This document shows, in pieces, positions 11,711 through 25,200 of a stretch of 64,000 nt of DNA. The DNA is from Perkinsus olseni (lineage: Eukaryota). The stretch covers positions 1-64,000 of the forward strand of contig JABANN010000057.1 of NCBI GenBank assembly GCA_013115125.1. Reading direction: 5' to 3'. The first letter of the stretch is position 1; every line of letters begins with the position of its first letter. The notes beneath the pieces were generated by a model. It was not told the origin of the DNA. It ran no database searches and was given only the letters and a program-made list of their open reading frames with translations. A program made the translations under genes and the position numbers.

Positions 11711-14170
11711 ATGACTGGCATCTCGGACTCCTTTGAATCGAGGATAGCTGCGCGCCGTAGGAACTTTAAGAAGGCCTCTGGTGACGCTAGTGACATGCGC
11801 CGTCGCAGGGAGGTGGGCTGAGGGGGACTGGACTGAATCAGAGTTGCACGTCTGCTGATTCAGGACGCCACCGTGCAGATCCGGAAGAAGGAGAAAGAGG
11901 ACCAACTAGTCCGTCGCCGTAGACTGGAAGGCATCGAGGCTGGGGAGGCGGCTGAGTCAACTTTTAAGACGCCTAGCAAGCCGACGACTCAACCCTGCTT
12001 TAAGGAGGAAGGTAGCAGCAGCCTCAGTCGGCTTTCGTTGAGCTGACAAGGGGTGGAGCCTAGATCCTGCGTACTTGTTCAGACATCCCGGCCCTGACCA
12101 AGGCTCTCAGTTCGTCCGATGAGGCGGCGGTGATGGAGGCCTTGGTGTCCTTCAGGAAGCTCTTGAGCAAGGAGGACCGTCCTCCGATTCAGAATGTTAT
12201 TGACGCTGGAGTGGGTGATTTACAACCTACGCTTGGCCTGTACCCCCGCCCAGGTGCTGCCACGCTTCAAGGAGCTCCTAGACCACCCCATGTCGTCCAA
12301 GATGCAGTTCGAGGCAGCTTGGGCTCTGACCAATATTGCTAGTGGCAACCACGACCAGACCCGCACTGTCGTCGAACTCGGTGCGGCCTTCGGGGCGGTC
12401 GCCCGGGTCGCCGGTAGGAAGTACCTCAGGTGCCGTCGAGTCGTTCCGGAAGCTGCTGTCGTCGGACAGCGCCGATCTGCAGGAGCAGTCCATATGGGCT
12501 GTTGCCAACATCGCTGGTGATGGACCAGGTGAAACCTCTGCATTAGCTTGCCCGTCGGCTAGGAGTGTTGGAGTAGGTATCAGAGACCAATGCCTGAGAC
12601 TGGGCATTCTACAGCCGTTGTTGGACGTTATACGCGCTGGTCAGACTATCGGCTTGGTAAGGCTCGGCACTTGGGCGCTGAGCAACTTCTGCAGAGGGAA
12701 GCCGGTGAGGCGAGGGGCGTATAGCGTACGCATTGGTGAGCGGTTTCGGTGTGTAGGCGCCTCCTCTAGAGACGATATCGCCAGCACTTGCCACGTTGGC
12801 CATGGTGAGTGCGGAATCCCCCGTCAGGGTTCACGAAGTCTTAACGTCTTTGCAGGTCCTTGGGCTCGATGACAGGGAGGCTCTGACTGACGCGCTGTGG
12901 GCGGTATCGTATCTGTGTGATGGGCCTAGTGAGAGGATAGAGGCTGTTCTGATAAGCGGAGCGATACCTCGTATCGTGCAGCTGTTGGGACACGAAAACC
13001 CCTCGGTGAGGGATGTGCATGCGTGCAAGGCGTGTCATACCATAACTCTCGGTACTCGTAGGTGCACACACCAGCATTACGCGCTATAGGAAACGTAGTG
13101 ACCGGAGAGGCTCATCAGACAGCTGCGGCGGTAGAGTCCAACGCGAGCAGAGTGGGAGCCATTGCCCCTATAATCAGGTTGATGCGGGTCTCATACCCGC
13201 GCTCAAGCCACTCCTACGCAGTACCAGGAAAATGGTGAGCTAGCACTGATGGCAGCCGCTATCCGACGGTTGGCTGTGCAGGTGCGAAAGGAGGCTGTTT
13301 GGACGCTCAGCAACATCTGCGCCGATCGAGACGTACAGATTCAAAAGGTCGGCACCTTCGACAAATGGACATTCTCAGGGGTTGGGCTGTTTTGGGTAGG
13401 TGATTGAAAGCGGCCTTCTCCCTGATGTATTCGAGATGATACTCGGTGCGAAGGAGCATGAGGTTCGCCGAGAGGCTGTCTGGGTTGTGTGCAATCTTTG
13501 TACGGGCGGCACACCGGCGCAGGTCCGCCATGTTGTCGACCACTGCAACGCCATCTCGGCCATCTGTAAGGCTGGTGACGAGCGTATGGTCTGCGGTAGC
13601 TGAAGCATGGGTAGGTACGGTTTTGAACGTGAAGGACTCTAAGATGGTACAAGTCGCATTAGAGGCTATCGAGGGTATCCTGAAAGTAGGGTGTGAAGTA
13701 CAGGAGAAGACGGGGGAGAGTATGAATCGTTACTTGGAGTAAGGACGGGCTCAGGCTCAATGCACCTCTGTGCGATGCCCCTTGTGAAGGTCCGTGCGGC
13801 TCTCCTATCACATCCGCTCGCCATGTCTTGCTTTTTTGCCAAGCATCTGACCCCTCTTTTCGTTTTTCGACCTGTACCCCCGACGACACCATCATTATCA
13901 TGGTCAGGCTGCTGGAGGAGTGTGGCGGCCTGACTAAGATAGAGGAGTTGCAGCAGGACAGCAGTAAAGACGTCTACGAACGGGCTGTCAGGATCCTCGA
14001 GGGGTACGATAGCAAGCCGACGTTACGTCAGAGGATGTTCGCCTTCTGTTATACTTAGTTATTGTGAGCTGGAGGACGAGAACGAGGGGGGCCTTGGGGG
14101 CAACACCATGCCCACTGATGGCCTGGATACGATCCACCAGCAGCAGCCACCTCGCTTCGCCTTTGCATGA
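11711..14170 (+). CDS. KPNA: Importin alpha (karyopherin alpha)
   Basis: IBB domain (RRRNFKK, MRRRRED..VQIRKKEKEDQLVRRRR) and ARM repeats (QFEAAWALTNIASG, QEQSIWAVANIAGD, TWALSNFCRGKP, VRKEAVWTLSNI) joined across short GT-AG introns. Confidence 0.95.
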
Positions 14171-14560
14171 ACCATCATTCATTAATTCATCGACTACTCG
14201 CTGGACGTCTCGATACCTTTTCACCTGAGCTACTCCAGGTTGGCATTGCGTTGTTGTTGCCGTACCGTCAGAGTGATGTGTGAGGTTGGGTTCTTCATGG
14301 CCACGGATTGCAGATTGAAGGGCATCCTAGCGGACCGGCAAAATGCATGGTGGATACTTGTCGGCACAGCGGTCTACGCCGTCCTATCGGTAATAGAGGG
14401 TGATTCACGAAGGTGTAGGTGCTGTCGACAGCCCACTTCTGATTGTGGGATGAAACTGTGGAAGCAGATGCGCCTTATCATGAGGAATTTTCTCTCAAAT
14501 TTCCGTCAATTTTAGTAGGATGTAGCGACAAGCTTTTCGGAGGGCTTGTGTGGTGTTCAG

Positions 14561-16388
14561 ATGGAGGTGATTCCCGCTCCACTGGCGGTGACTTTGGCGG
14601 TTCCGATGATCATTGGAGCGGTGTAAGGTCGTGTTCGAGTTGCCGGTGGCCTGGATGGCGTGGTCACAGGTACGGATGCAGCTATCTGGGAGTAGAGCCC
14701 CTCGTTCCTGCTCACACTCTGCTGTTCCCTGGTCTTCAACCGACGCCCGGGGAAGCTTCTGCTCCGCGCGGAGAGGACCATGAGCCTTCTGAGCTCGACA
14801 CGGGACTGCAGCCGGAAGGTTCGTAGTGGATACTGGGACCTGGGACTTGCAGTGCGCATTCGCAGTCACTCCAAGGAACCCCTCGGAGTCGGGTTCGGGA
14901 GCGAAGATAGAGATGGGGTCGTCAGGGACGACGAAGGCTAGCTCGAAGGAAGAGGCTCCTCTGGAGACGCCTGACGCTACTCCTATGAAGTGTGTGACTA
15001 CTATAGGGGCCAAGCTTGGATCCTTCTGTGCAGGCTGGCGCTGCCCGCACCGCTCACTATGACCCCTCAGCGTTTGGCCGTTGATGGCTGTCGGCCTAGC
15101 GATGAGGTAGAGCATGAACAGGAGCAGGCTGGCGAGGCGATGAAGAGGGATAGCTCGCCAGGACCACAGTAGTTGCTCTCGGGAGTGCAAGATTTGTAGG
15201 GTCGCGACAGGTCGATTCCGATGGCTTTGCGGGATGCCCTGTCCTTTAAGGGAGATGAAGCCATGCGGTTCAGAGTGAAGGGTGATGAGGATTACTGAGT
15301 GATTATCGGCGAGTCAGGTTTCAGGCACCTTCTTGCATGTGGAATATCCTCAGGCGGAGGACGGCATGTCGGATGACCTTGGGGAACATGTCGCGGCTTC
15401 TCGTGAAGGAAGCGTTGAGGCCTCGGTGAGAGGCTCTCGGTTCGACACTGGAAATTCTCTTATAAGCATTTACATGCGTTTTTTCAATTACAAGATTTAT
15501 ACCTGGCAATATCTTGAAAGAAAATATTATATTTTTACTTAATCATGAAGGTCGGTAGAGTAGGTGCTGAGTGGTTCTGAGGAGGGGTCAATTACTGGGG
15601 CTGCGGACAGCAGCGACTCTCGAGAGGCGGCAGCGGCGGGAAGGAGGCGATTCCGGAGACGGCGGAGTATAAGTGATGCTGATCTTACGTGAGCGTGCTG
15701 TGGTGTTGGTGATGCTTCCACGTTGGTCTGTTGGAGGTACACTGCTTACCTGGCTGAGCTCGCCATGGAGCAAGAGGGAGCGTCGGTCGACTCTGGTATG
15801 TCACCAGGGGTTGATGCAGCGGAGGATGCGTAGGAGGGCGGTGCCTCTCTCTTCACCTTGAGTATCGTGGCGGTCGTCTTCGGCGCATATCTTCTTGTGG
15901 AGGGCCCCTTTTTTTAGGTTGTCTCCGAAGAGCGATTCAGCTGCCGTCGATGCTGTTCAGTCACTTTCAAGTGAGCAGGAAACTAAACGGCATTCTGATT
16001 CGGGGACTCTGAGGACTCATTTCGTTCGCTCGCTGGGTGATGTGATCAGGAGCAGTTCAGGTGAAGAGAGTCCGCGGGACGGGCAGCCTGTTGAGCTAGC
16101 CACTGTAACTGCACCAGATCGGAAGCTGAACCCAAACGCTCCTGAGTTCATACCGCAGTACATGAATCGCCCATGGCTGTCAATGGCGATGCCTCCGCCA
16201 CCGGGAATCGGCCATCGGAGGACAGGTTGGGCTCGGTCGGGCTGCTTCGGGATCTTCACGGGGCTTCCCGCCTGGTGGGGTCTGTTATACATCGGCGGTC
16301 AAGTATTCACCATTCTGTGCTGACATCCTTGCTCCGCGCAATCGTACCGGTCTTAGGTGGAGGTTGGGGTCCTCGAGAATACCGATGA
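14561..16388 (+). CDS. Low-complexity protein with a PAM2 (PABP-binding) motif; boundaries approximate
   Basis: KLNPNAPEFIP at ~16123-16156 matches the PAM2 consensus; upstream exons are S/E-rich. Confidence 0.5.
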
Positions 16389-16789
16389 TTGTAGCGGGAG
16401 TCAGTTCTGTGGTAGGAGGCGGAGGAGCTATCAGGGCGAATCGCTGTCTTACAGCCCCCTCCAGGTACCATACGATAGGGGTCCGTCGGTGACACTATTA
16501 GTTGTCGTTGTTCAATTGCTATCCATAGCATCATCATCGTCTTCCTGCATACCATTCACAGTCGCTGAAGTACAATTATGCCTTCGTTATTACAGTCATC
16601 ATATCCTCGTACGAGCTGTCCCGTAGCCAGCCGATTCCTGTGCTGGCGTTGGCGGGAGTGATATCAATTCACTTGCATGCACCATAGAGAAGGCAGTCTT
16701 GCGTTATCCGGGAGGTACGGGGACTGGCAGCCCAATTCCCCTCAATGGCGGTAGCCCGCTGATGTGCGCTCTTCGGTAGTTTTTGGTGA

Positions 16790-17749
16790 ATGTCTGTCGA
16801 CGGGGAGAGCGAGCCTAGTGTCACGCGTCCGTTGACGGGCGGCACTGAACAGGTGAGTTTCCCGAGGGGGATCTCAGCACCGCTGGTGGTTGGGGGCGTA
16901 TAGGTATGCGTGTAAACATAATTGCCGTTCGTCGTAACTCCCTGTTGTAACAGCGGCCGTGTCCTCAGGGTCATCGGAGCAGCTCGTACCCTCTGCTCTG
17001 TGGTTCGGTTCCAGGACGACGGACAGTGTATGAGAACATGCCGTTTGCCCTGCGAATGGTTGTAGGCATTGCAGCTGGCGCTATGGGGATGAATGGGTGA
17101 GGCCTTCTTGTCTGTGGCTGTACTGGCATCTGCTGCCCTCAGGATAACTCTCCTCTTCTCGGTGGGGCATGGCTATACGACTCACGTTTTAGGAGTCTAC
17201 ATGACCGCTATGTCGGTCATCATCACCACCGCTGAGTTCCTGCCTTTTGCAGTGGACACGCTGGTCCCGGTGAGCTTTGACAGCCGTAGTGCCGCCTTTT
17301 GTTGGAAGATAGCCCGCCGCTGCTCGTTGCTCTCCAGTGACGGTTCAGATTAACGAGGTCTTTCGTGTCTCGATGGCGGTTTTCCGCTCAGTGGATGCCG
17401 TTCCTCAAGCACTACGGTTCGCGTGCGGTGGTCTACTTGCTGGCAGCATTCCTGTGCATGGGGGAGGAGATGGGCCTAGCAGGTACCCCTTCCCGCACTC
17501 GCTCGTTTCGGTGAAACACTTTTACTTGAGGGGGGGGGCTTGAACGTGATCCGCGAGTTGGTCATTCATGAGTTGTCCGTAGGTAGATGTGCCGGAGTCC
17601 TGATGTTCATCGGCTCAGCGGCTTCATTTGCCTTCCATCGGTTCTATCCTGGGGCCCTGGACCACGTCCTTCGGCCAGGCAACAGGGTTGCAGTAGTAGA
17701 GGATGATGGTATGGCTATGGGCTTGATAGGAGAGAATCCATGCGCCTGA
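16790..17749 (+). CDS. COPI-associated (Tvp15-like) small multi-pass membrane protein
   Basis: About four hydrophobic segments plus WMPFLKHYGSRAVVYLLAAFL, which resembles the family motif FL..Y.GRG..Y. Confidence 0.6.
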
Positions 17750-17961
17750 GGGGGCAATGTATTTATCTATTTCTTGTAACGATTCACTCTGATCGGATTC
17801 GTTGTCGAGTTGAGCGTGCCGCCCTGGTCTGACCAGCCTGCGCGACTGTCCTACGTAGCGGCTATCGGGGTACATAAGTTCCGCACGATCGTCTATCTAG
17901 TAACAGCGAGTAGACTACTTTGTGGTAGTGTCGTCTTAGTGGTAGTGAGGGCTTCGCCGGC

Positions 17962-18045
17962 CCAAGTGTGATGATGCCGTGCCCCTCGCATACTTGTCAC
18001 GCTTGGTGCTTCACGGTGGTGTTGTGGCAGTGTAGCTGAGCTAGG
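17962..18045 (+). ncRNA. Possible box C/D snoRNA
   Basis: GTGATGA at 17968-17974 and CTGA at 18036-18039 with a weak terminal stem; target not established. Confidence 0.25.
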
Positions 18046-18097
18046 TAGTAGTGATTTCAATTCGGCGCGGCTCTTGTCCGTGAATCGAGAGCTTCCT

Positions 18098-19069
18098 ATG
18101 TGGTGGTGTGATCATGGCTTCTCCCTAGAGTATCGTATACCCTCCTTATAAATGACAGGCTCCCCCAGCAGGAAATCGAGGGCTGTGGCTGGCCGCTATC
18201 CAAGGTGAGACGAAGAAGTGTCGGCTTGCGTTACTCGTGTCTTAAAGGTTTGAGCTTCGCGATGACCACAAGGCGGAGCTGAAGGAGGCCTTCGATGTCT
18301 TTGATAACGATGGTACTGGCACTATTGATGTCAGGGACCTGCGCGTGGGAGAGGGCTCCCTGTGTCAGCTGCGTTGGCAGTGATGTTGTCCAGGTTGCTT
18401 TGCGGGCCTTGGGGTTCGAACCTGAGAAGGACGAGCTGAAGCGTCTGGTTGGTGGGGCTTGGGGAGTCGCTGAGGGGCTGAGGCAGAAGCTCACTGTGCT
18501 TCAGGGAAGCACACGAGGCATCCGGTGCCGAGGCCCGCTACTGTAGGGGAAGAGTCGACGACTGGTGATAAGGAGCCTGAGAAGCCTCGATCCCGGCAGC
18601 AACAGCAAAGGGATCCCTCGACGCAGCCGACCCCGCAAGATGCTGAAGAGAGTAAGCCTCAGGAGGGGGAAGGGGAGGAGGCGACCGTGCCGGAGCCTAC
18701 CAGTGAGTCCAGCTCTGATTTGGTGGACGAGTGGTATGTGTACTGCCGAGGCACACTGGACTTCCATGAGTTCCTCGAGATCATGTTGGAGAAAATGACC
18801 GAGAAGGATTCGAAAGATGAGGTTGAGAAGGCTTATGAGATGTTCCGAGGAGAATCTGGGAAGGTGTCCTATGATGACCTCAAGGCGGTGGCGGAGGAGC
18901 TTGGTAGGATCTGCCGCGGGTGGGCGAGGGATCGGGCGGCTTAGGTGACCGCATAGCGGAGGAGGAGCTGCGGGAGATGATTACCGAGGCCGATCTGGAT
19001 GGAGATGGGCTGATCAGCCAGGAGGAGTTCATCAGAATCATTCTCAAACCCGGTAGTGGACCATTATGA
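18098..19069 (+). CDS. Centrin-like EF-hand protein with a long low-complexity insertion
   Basis: [33 protein letters not shown] ... TLDFHEFLEIMLEKMTEKDSKDEV ... ELREMITEADLDGDGLISQEEF; start codon uncertain. Confidence 0.85.
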
Positions 19070-19230
19070 GCATGGGAGGGACTGAAGTGTTGGCAGCGAC
19101 CCTTTGGTTGCGTTAGTAATGTTATACCAATCGGCAAGGGGAGGACCTAGTCGAAGCTTCGTGGTTTTCGCTAGTTCGCGGGTCTCGGAAGACGAGAGGG
19201 AAGGCGGGGTCAGCCTTTTCGGAATTTCCA

Positions 19231-22200
19231 ATGACAAATGCGGCAGTTAGGCAGTGGTTGGCGTCCGATGGGGACGAGGAGGAGGAGGAGGAGGAGCAGG
19301 ATATCGAATTGGTGACTATTGAGAAGATCATCAACCGGGCCGCCAGAGGGTAGCTTCGGGAAGACAGCAGGCCCATGGATATCCCTCATGCACAGATTGC
19401 GGCGTTGGTGCGTGGAGGATGAGGGCGAGAAGAAGGTTAGGAGCTTACTCGAAGTTATCTGGACGACTTCCATGAATTACATAAAGCGTCAAGTTGTACT
19501 CGGCAAGATGATTGCCCTGCCAACATTAGGTGCTGTGGGGGAGGGGTCAGGCGTTCGGGCCAGGGGAGATGTCAGGCACCCTCTTCACGAGGGAGGGAGT
19601 TCCCTGCATCGCCTTCGCTGAGCGGCTTATTCTCGACTATGGTCTCACTTACCTGCCGGGAGAGAGCTACTGTCTCGGACTGGTAGTAAGAGGGGTTGTC
19701 AGGGTCGTACGGGAGGAATGGGGAAAGCCCGGTGATGACAAAAGGCATTCCAAAAGACCCAGTATTGTACCGGTTGCCCGGGCAGCTGTGGTATGATGAA
19801 GCATAAAATCTTTAGTAATCTGATGAGGGTTGAGCATACCGGTCTGTGATGATATAAGGCGAATCTGTACCCGATCTGCTGTCCAGAGTCGAGGTATGAT
19901 TAATGGAATTCTTTAGTAATCTGAGACGAACGCCGTACGGAAGGCCATCGAGCGGCCTGTGTTCAACAGATTACTTTCCGTATCAGGTTGGCCCAGCGAC
20001 CCGTATAGCGTTCGGTGTTGTGGCGGAGCTCAGCGGTCGAAAGGGTGGGGATACCGTGACAGCGGCCATGGCGGAGGAGGGGTTGAAGCGTGAGCTCTTG
20101 CGGCCAATGGGAGTCAACTGCCTTTTTGCAGCGCGGTTGGACAGGTATATTTCGCGAAGCAGCTGAAGCGATGTCGATGTACCGTACTGATGTGACTATG
20201 GTATTGGAGAGCATTGGCAGAGTAGTCAGCCGGAATAAGGTCGTTGGGTGGGACATGCGGGGGAGGGCTGCTCTGGATGAGCAGGCCAGCTGGTAGGTTC
20301 CAACCTTTCGTTGAGTATGGCGCGGAGAGTGCTCGGGGAGGTAGGGGGCCCGTCGGGTTTTATTGGCGATGTGGTGGCTCCCTAGGTTCTGCGTTGAGGT
20401 CTCCGATTACACTAAAGGGCCTGGAACGTTATCACCGGGCTAGACAGAGGTCTGCACGGGGTCTGGAATTGGAAGATGGAAAGGTGGGGAGTCTGCGGTT
20501 TGATGGAGCCGCTCGTCACTTCCACGTCATTGTAGGGAATTGCCTCCCATGGTGGAGCTGGTGGATTGTATTCCGGTTTGGTATCACCAAGTAGTGGGAA
20601 GGGTACGAAAGGTATGGTATGAGCATGCGTACGGTCGTAGGTAAAGCACTGGTTCCAGCGCTTGACCTGCGTAGGAGCTTCCGGGCTCGAAGATATACCA
20701 ACCCGCAAGGCGCGTCGACTCAGAGGAGTCATCGCACAGAGTAGGGTGGGATGCTGTCAGCGGGAGGATCGTTTGAGTTGGTATAAGGTTCTCGGACATA
20801 GTTGACTTGTCGTCTCGAACACCGGGTGCTCCATCGACGCAAGTTGAAGGCCACAGCATGGACTCCTCTATTGTCGCTAGAATTGGCAGCAACTACACCC
20901 CTCTATCGAGGCGAATGTAGGACGGCAGGGCGAGACTTGTAGTACTTCACAGCATAGGGTCGCGAGGCCGGCCCGATCCGGTGAGGGCCTGGCTTGGATC
21001 CCTGTGGAGGCATCTATGCTGGGGCAACGGTTCATGCCGCTGGACGCGCCGTCTACGGAGTCCGGTGGAGAGGGGCGGCTGGCTCGTCAGAGACGACCGT
21101 TGGTGAGTGTCTGGGGGTATCCAGGTCAGGTGATACTCAGGCAGGTATTCGGCAGCCGAAAGCTGCGGAGGGCAATGAAGGACCTTGGGCACAGTCAGGA
21201 GAGTCTGCTGGAAAACTTCAATAGGTAGTATGGTTCCTGGGCTTCTAGTAGGAGCCTTCTGCTCAGGTATGATAGCTATCTTCACTCTGCTGCCCTCGAG
21301 GCCTGTATCTCGCCTGTGGATGCCGGGTCGCTCGGTCGTATTGAATCGAAGATTTGCAACGGCTCCTGGTACGGGTCGATGGGCGTGCATGAGCGAGAGA
21401 GCATCAAGAGCGCCCTCGAGGAGGTGACGAGAGGGCATGAGAGTGTTGGTATCTATGCTTGTGTGCAGCTGCGGGCCGAGATCATGGCGCAGTACGAAGA
21501 AGCTGTCCGTCGGGCGGTTGTGGATTACCTCCTTATGGACCTGCGTATGAGGGAGAGGTGTAGAGTCAGCTTCGTTCCTGTGGTGAGTGGAGATACTGTC
21601 GATGGCGAGTTCGATGATTATGGACTCCTCAGGTACGCCCTGCTTGGGGAACGAAGGCATACTACGGGATTGGGGGCAGGGTTGGAGGACCGCCTGCTGA
21701 GTGGGAAGTGTCGGTTGCCGGGGCGTAGGGCTGGCCTGTTGTGATGGTGGGGAACGAGGTCATTGGCTCAGGTTGGACTCGATGCAAAGTCCCTTGCGCA
21801 GTCTTCACGTTCCCTTCGCCGCTCTGCTGAGCCTGCAAAGGCTGTGGGCCGAGTCTTATGCTGCGGTGACTCTCAATGATCTAGCAGGTGATGGTGAGAC
21901 CAGGCGATTGTAGCGTATCGTTTTTGATCGCAGGAAAGGAGCCGGTCCGTGTGGAGACGTTCTTGGATTATCAAAGCTCGAGGCGGGACGAGAGTCGCCG
22001 GGTACTTAAGGACGTATGGATGAGCGCGGTGATTGACATCATATCACACGACCGGACGCTGATGACATTACTAGAGGACGAAGGCTCGGATGACGAAACG
22101 AAGAGGAGGAAACTGGGGGTGATCACGGCCGTCCTGTCGTCTCATCTTAGACGGTAGGCTCCCTTAGTGCATGGGGTAGGATGGCTCCACTTAGGTTGGT

Positions 22201-25200
22201 GGAGGTATCAGCTGGGGAGTTTATCAAATACGTGTTGCAACACACTTCACCCTTGTGCGGCGGAGTGGCGGTGGTGACGCCCGAACGCGCGGCCTGGGAG
22301 CTGCATGCGTGTCAAAGGGACCTCTGTGGCACCGTGGGGTAATAGGGCGCCATTGTCCTCAATCGCAGAGGGTCTCTCGTGCAGAGGGCCGCTGCCGATT
22401 CCACGGGCATTCCTGGAGTTGAGGCTGATCGCGGAGGGCAGCGCCATCGCTTTCACAACGGAGCTCGATAAAGTGCCGAGAAGGCTGGCGAAGATACTCC
22501 CTAGTATGGTCTCCGCTGTGAGGGGCTTGCCGAGGCCTGAGAGGAAGCTGCCAATGAAACCGAAGGAGTCCTCAGAGGCGGACTCGGAGGGGGAGAGTAC
22601 CAATGACCAGAGCGAAGGTGGGGTCGAGGCACCATGCAGTGCGTCACGGCCGAGAGAATGAGTAGATGCGCCGATGGTCGAGGAAGTCGGCGAGTTGTGG
22701 TATGTTGACGAGGAGGAGCCACTGATTCTTGCGGGCATGAGAGCGATCGAAGAGTCCGTGACAGTGTGCGCTGAGAATGCCGAGGGTATCGCGAGGCTTT
22801 ATGAAGGGTGAGTGTGCGTCAGGCGGCATTGGTAACGCGCTTCAACCTAAGATACGTTGATCTTCTGACAGAAGAGGACCGGGCTCCTCAGTTCATGGTG
22901 AGGGTTTTGGACACCAGTGATCGCGGAGCTTTCGCGAGGAAGGTGGGGTCTGGGGTGAAAGTCTGTCCCTGCTAAGCTTTGCGTTAGATACGGGACCTGA
23001 CCAGTGTCGAGGCATCCCTGCTTGACCACTGCCCATCCGTCCTGGACCTTCAGCTCTTCCGTATAGACTCGGGGAGGTTGCATGATTCCTTGGTAGCCGC
23101 GGCACGAGCCGGGAAGGAGGCTATGAGGGAGGCAGTAGTAGAGAGGAACAAGGAGCGGTGCATTCATGTACTTAAGAGGCTGGAGGAGTTGGCGGTGAAG
23201 TTGAGGAAGCCGGCCAGTACCGAGGCCCAGCTTGCTGCATTAGAACGTACGTTGGGAGGGCTGAAGAAGGAGGGGTTTTTGGCTATGTTTGAGGAATTCC
23301 AAGAGTGTCTGAGATGGCAAGATGTACTATCCGACCTGGACCTAATTGTGGGCCCCGAGGAGCTGTCGTTGGTGTATGAGACTGCAGTCTGGCTCCGCAA
23401 GATTGAGCGGCTTTGCAGCGAGCGAGAGGATGGGCTTCTGAAAGAGCGCGAGGTCTTGGAGGAGAAGTTCAGCGCAACGAGGAGGAAATTCGAGGCTCAG
23501 TTGGAGGGAGTGTGTAATGCCGTCGACCGAGTTGAGGAGCTTGGTACTCTGCGATTGGCGGAGGAGAATCTCGGGCGTGTTGCCGCGGCTAGAGAGAAAG
23601 TAGATGGGGCTGTGCGTGAGGCTGCTAGAGTGAATGAGAAGGAGGTGGACCTGGGATATCCTGTGAGCCCTTTTGAACAGTTGAAACAAGTAAGACTCCA
23701 GTACAGCGACATTTTTCCTCTCCATGTGGATAATTTGGCAGGCGGTGGCTGGGCTGGAGGCTTGCGAGAAGTTGTGGGGGTTAGCATTTGAGTTCAACAG
23801 GGACCATCAACAGTGGACTCGAGGGCCGCTGTTTTACCAAGAGCCGAAGCTCATCGACGAAGCTTCATCGCGGATGCTCAACTTGGCCAGCCAACTAGAA
23901 GAGCTCTTCGCTGAGGATACCCCTCCCCGTGGGGTCGTTGCAGCGATGAAGTCGCAGCTGGAGGAGTTCAGAGAGAGCTTGCCTTTGATTCGGGTTGGAG
24001 TCCATTTCCGGGTGGTCCCTATGCAGCTCAGTGGCCTCAGGTCCTCTGCTGGAAAGGACTTGCCGCGAGACACTGGGAGGAGATATCGGACGTCGTGGGC
24101 TTCCACATGGAGCCAGACCCGACCTTCACTTTGTCTAGGATACTCGATATGGATGTGGGGAAGCATGTGAGAGGATAAGGCTAGCCGCTAGCCTTCATAG
24201 ATCGCTATTTGTGGATTCTTGGTTCAGGTGTCTGCTCTCATGGCCATCGGTGAACGTGCTGCTGTAGAGTCGAGAATAGCAGAAACGCTCAAGGAGTTGA
24301 AAAGACAAGCTGCTGAGCCCACTCTGAAGGCGACCAGATTCGGCTGGACTTCTTCTTTTGTGAGCTCTGATGTCGTCTATCCGGGCGGAGTATGTCCTGA
24401 GTCGTTCCAAGGTCCTGTCTCCGGACTCCGTCCGAGCTGTGAGAGGTGCCTTAGCGGACCACCTACTGCGGCTGGACGGCGAAATAATGAAGGTGGCTGG
24501 GGCTACTGAGGTCCCCGGGCTTTCGGAACTGAGAGGTCGTCGTGAGCGGACCCTGGCAGTGGGCGGGATCATTGATATGTGGGTGGAGACCGAGAGGGAG
24601 TGGAAAGCGCTGCGCTATGTCTTGGATGGCAAAGGAGCTGATGCTGGGCTTCCTGGGTTCGAGGATGAGCACTTCCAGTGTTTCGGTGAGGTAAGAAGCT
24701 AATGAGGTGGACCATTGTGCGGACCCTCTTGGGGGTGTGTCCGCGTCCAAATTCGGCGGCCGAATCTAGTGATCTGTGAAGTTCACAGATCGCTGGATTC
24801 GGGTTTGAGTGAACTTCATCGTCTTCAGTATGGGTCTTTCAGGAGTTGAGCACTCGCGTAGAAATTGTTCTCTGATTCGCTGTTGCACACTACGCCAAAT
24901 ATGAGGATACTCGCGGTAGTGTGGGCTATGGGTAGGTAGATGAGCGTTGGAGAGAGCTGATGATGAGAGTCCACGACTCACCTCTGACGGTAGAGGATCT
25001 ACTGAAGAGCGGCAACACTGTTGCCGATAAGCTCAGGTTTGTATCTAGGAAGCTCGAGTTGGTAGGGCTCGGAGTTTCTCCGTGTGTGGATGTGTGTTTG
25101 GCAGTTGTCTCCAGCATTAGGGAAGTACATGGAGGCCAAGCGTCATCAGTGCCCACGCCTGTTCTTCCTATATGGGGACTCCGAAATGCTCAACTGGCTG

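Noticed and set aside
15742-15760. CTTACCTGG resembling the U1 snRNA 5' end
   Set aside because: Reads as coding sequence (YTAYLAELAMEQ); no U1 stem-loops or Sm site follow.
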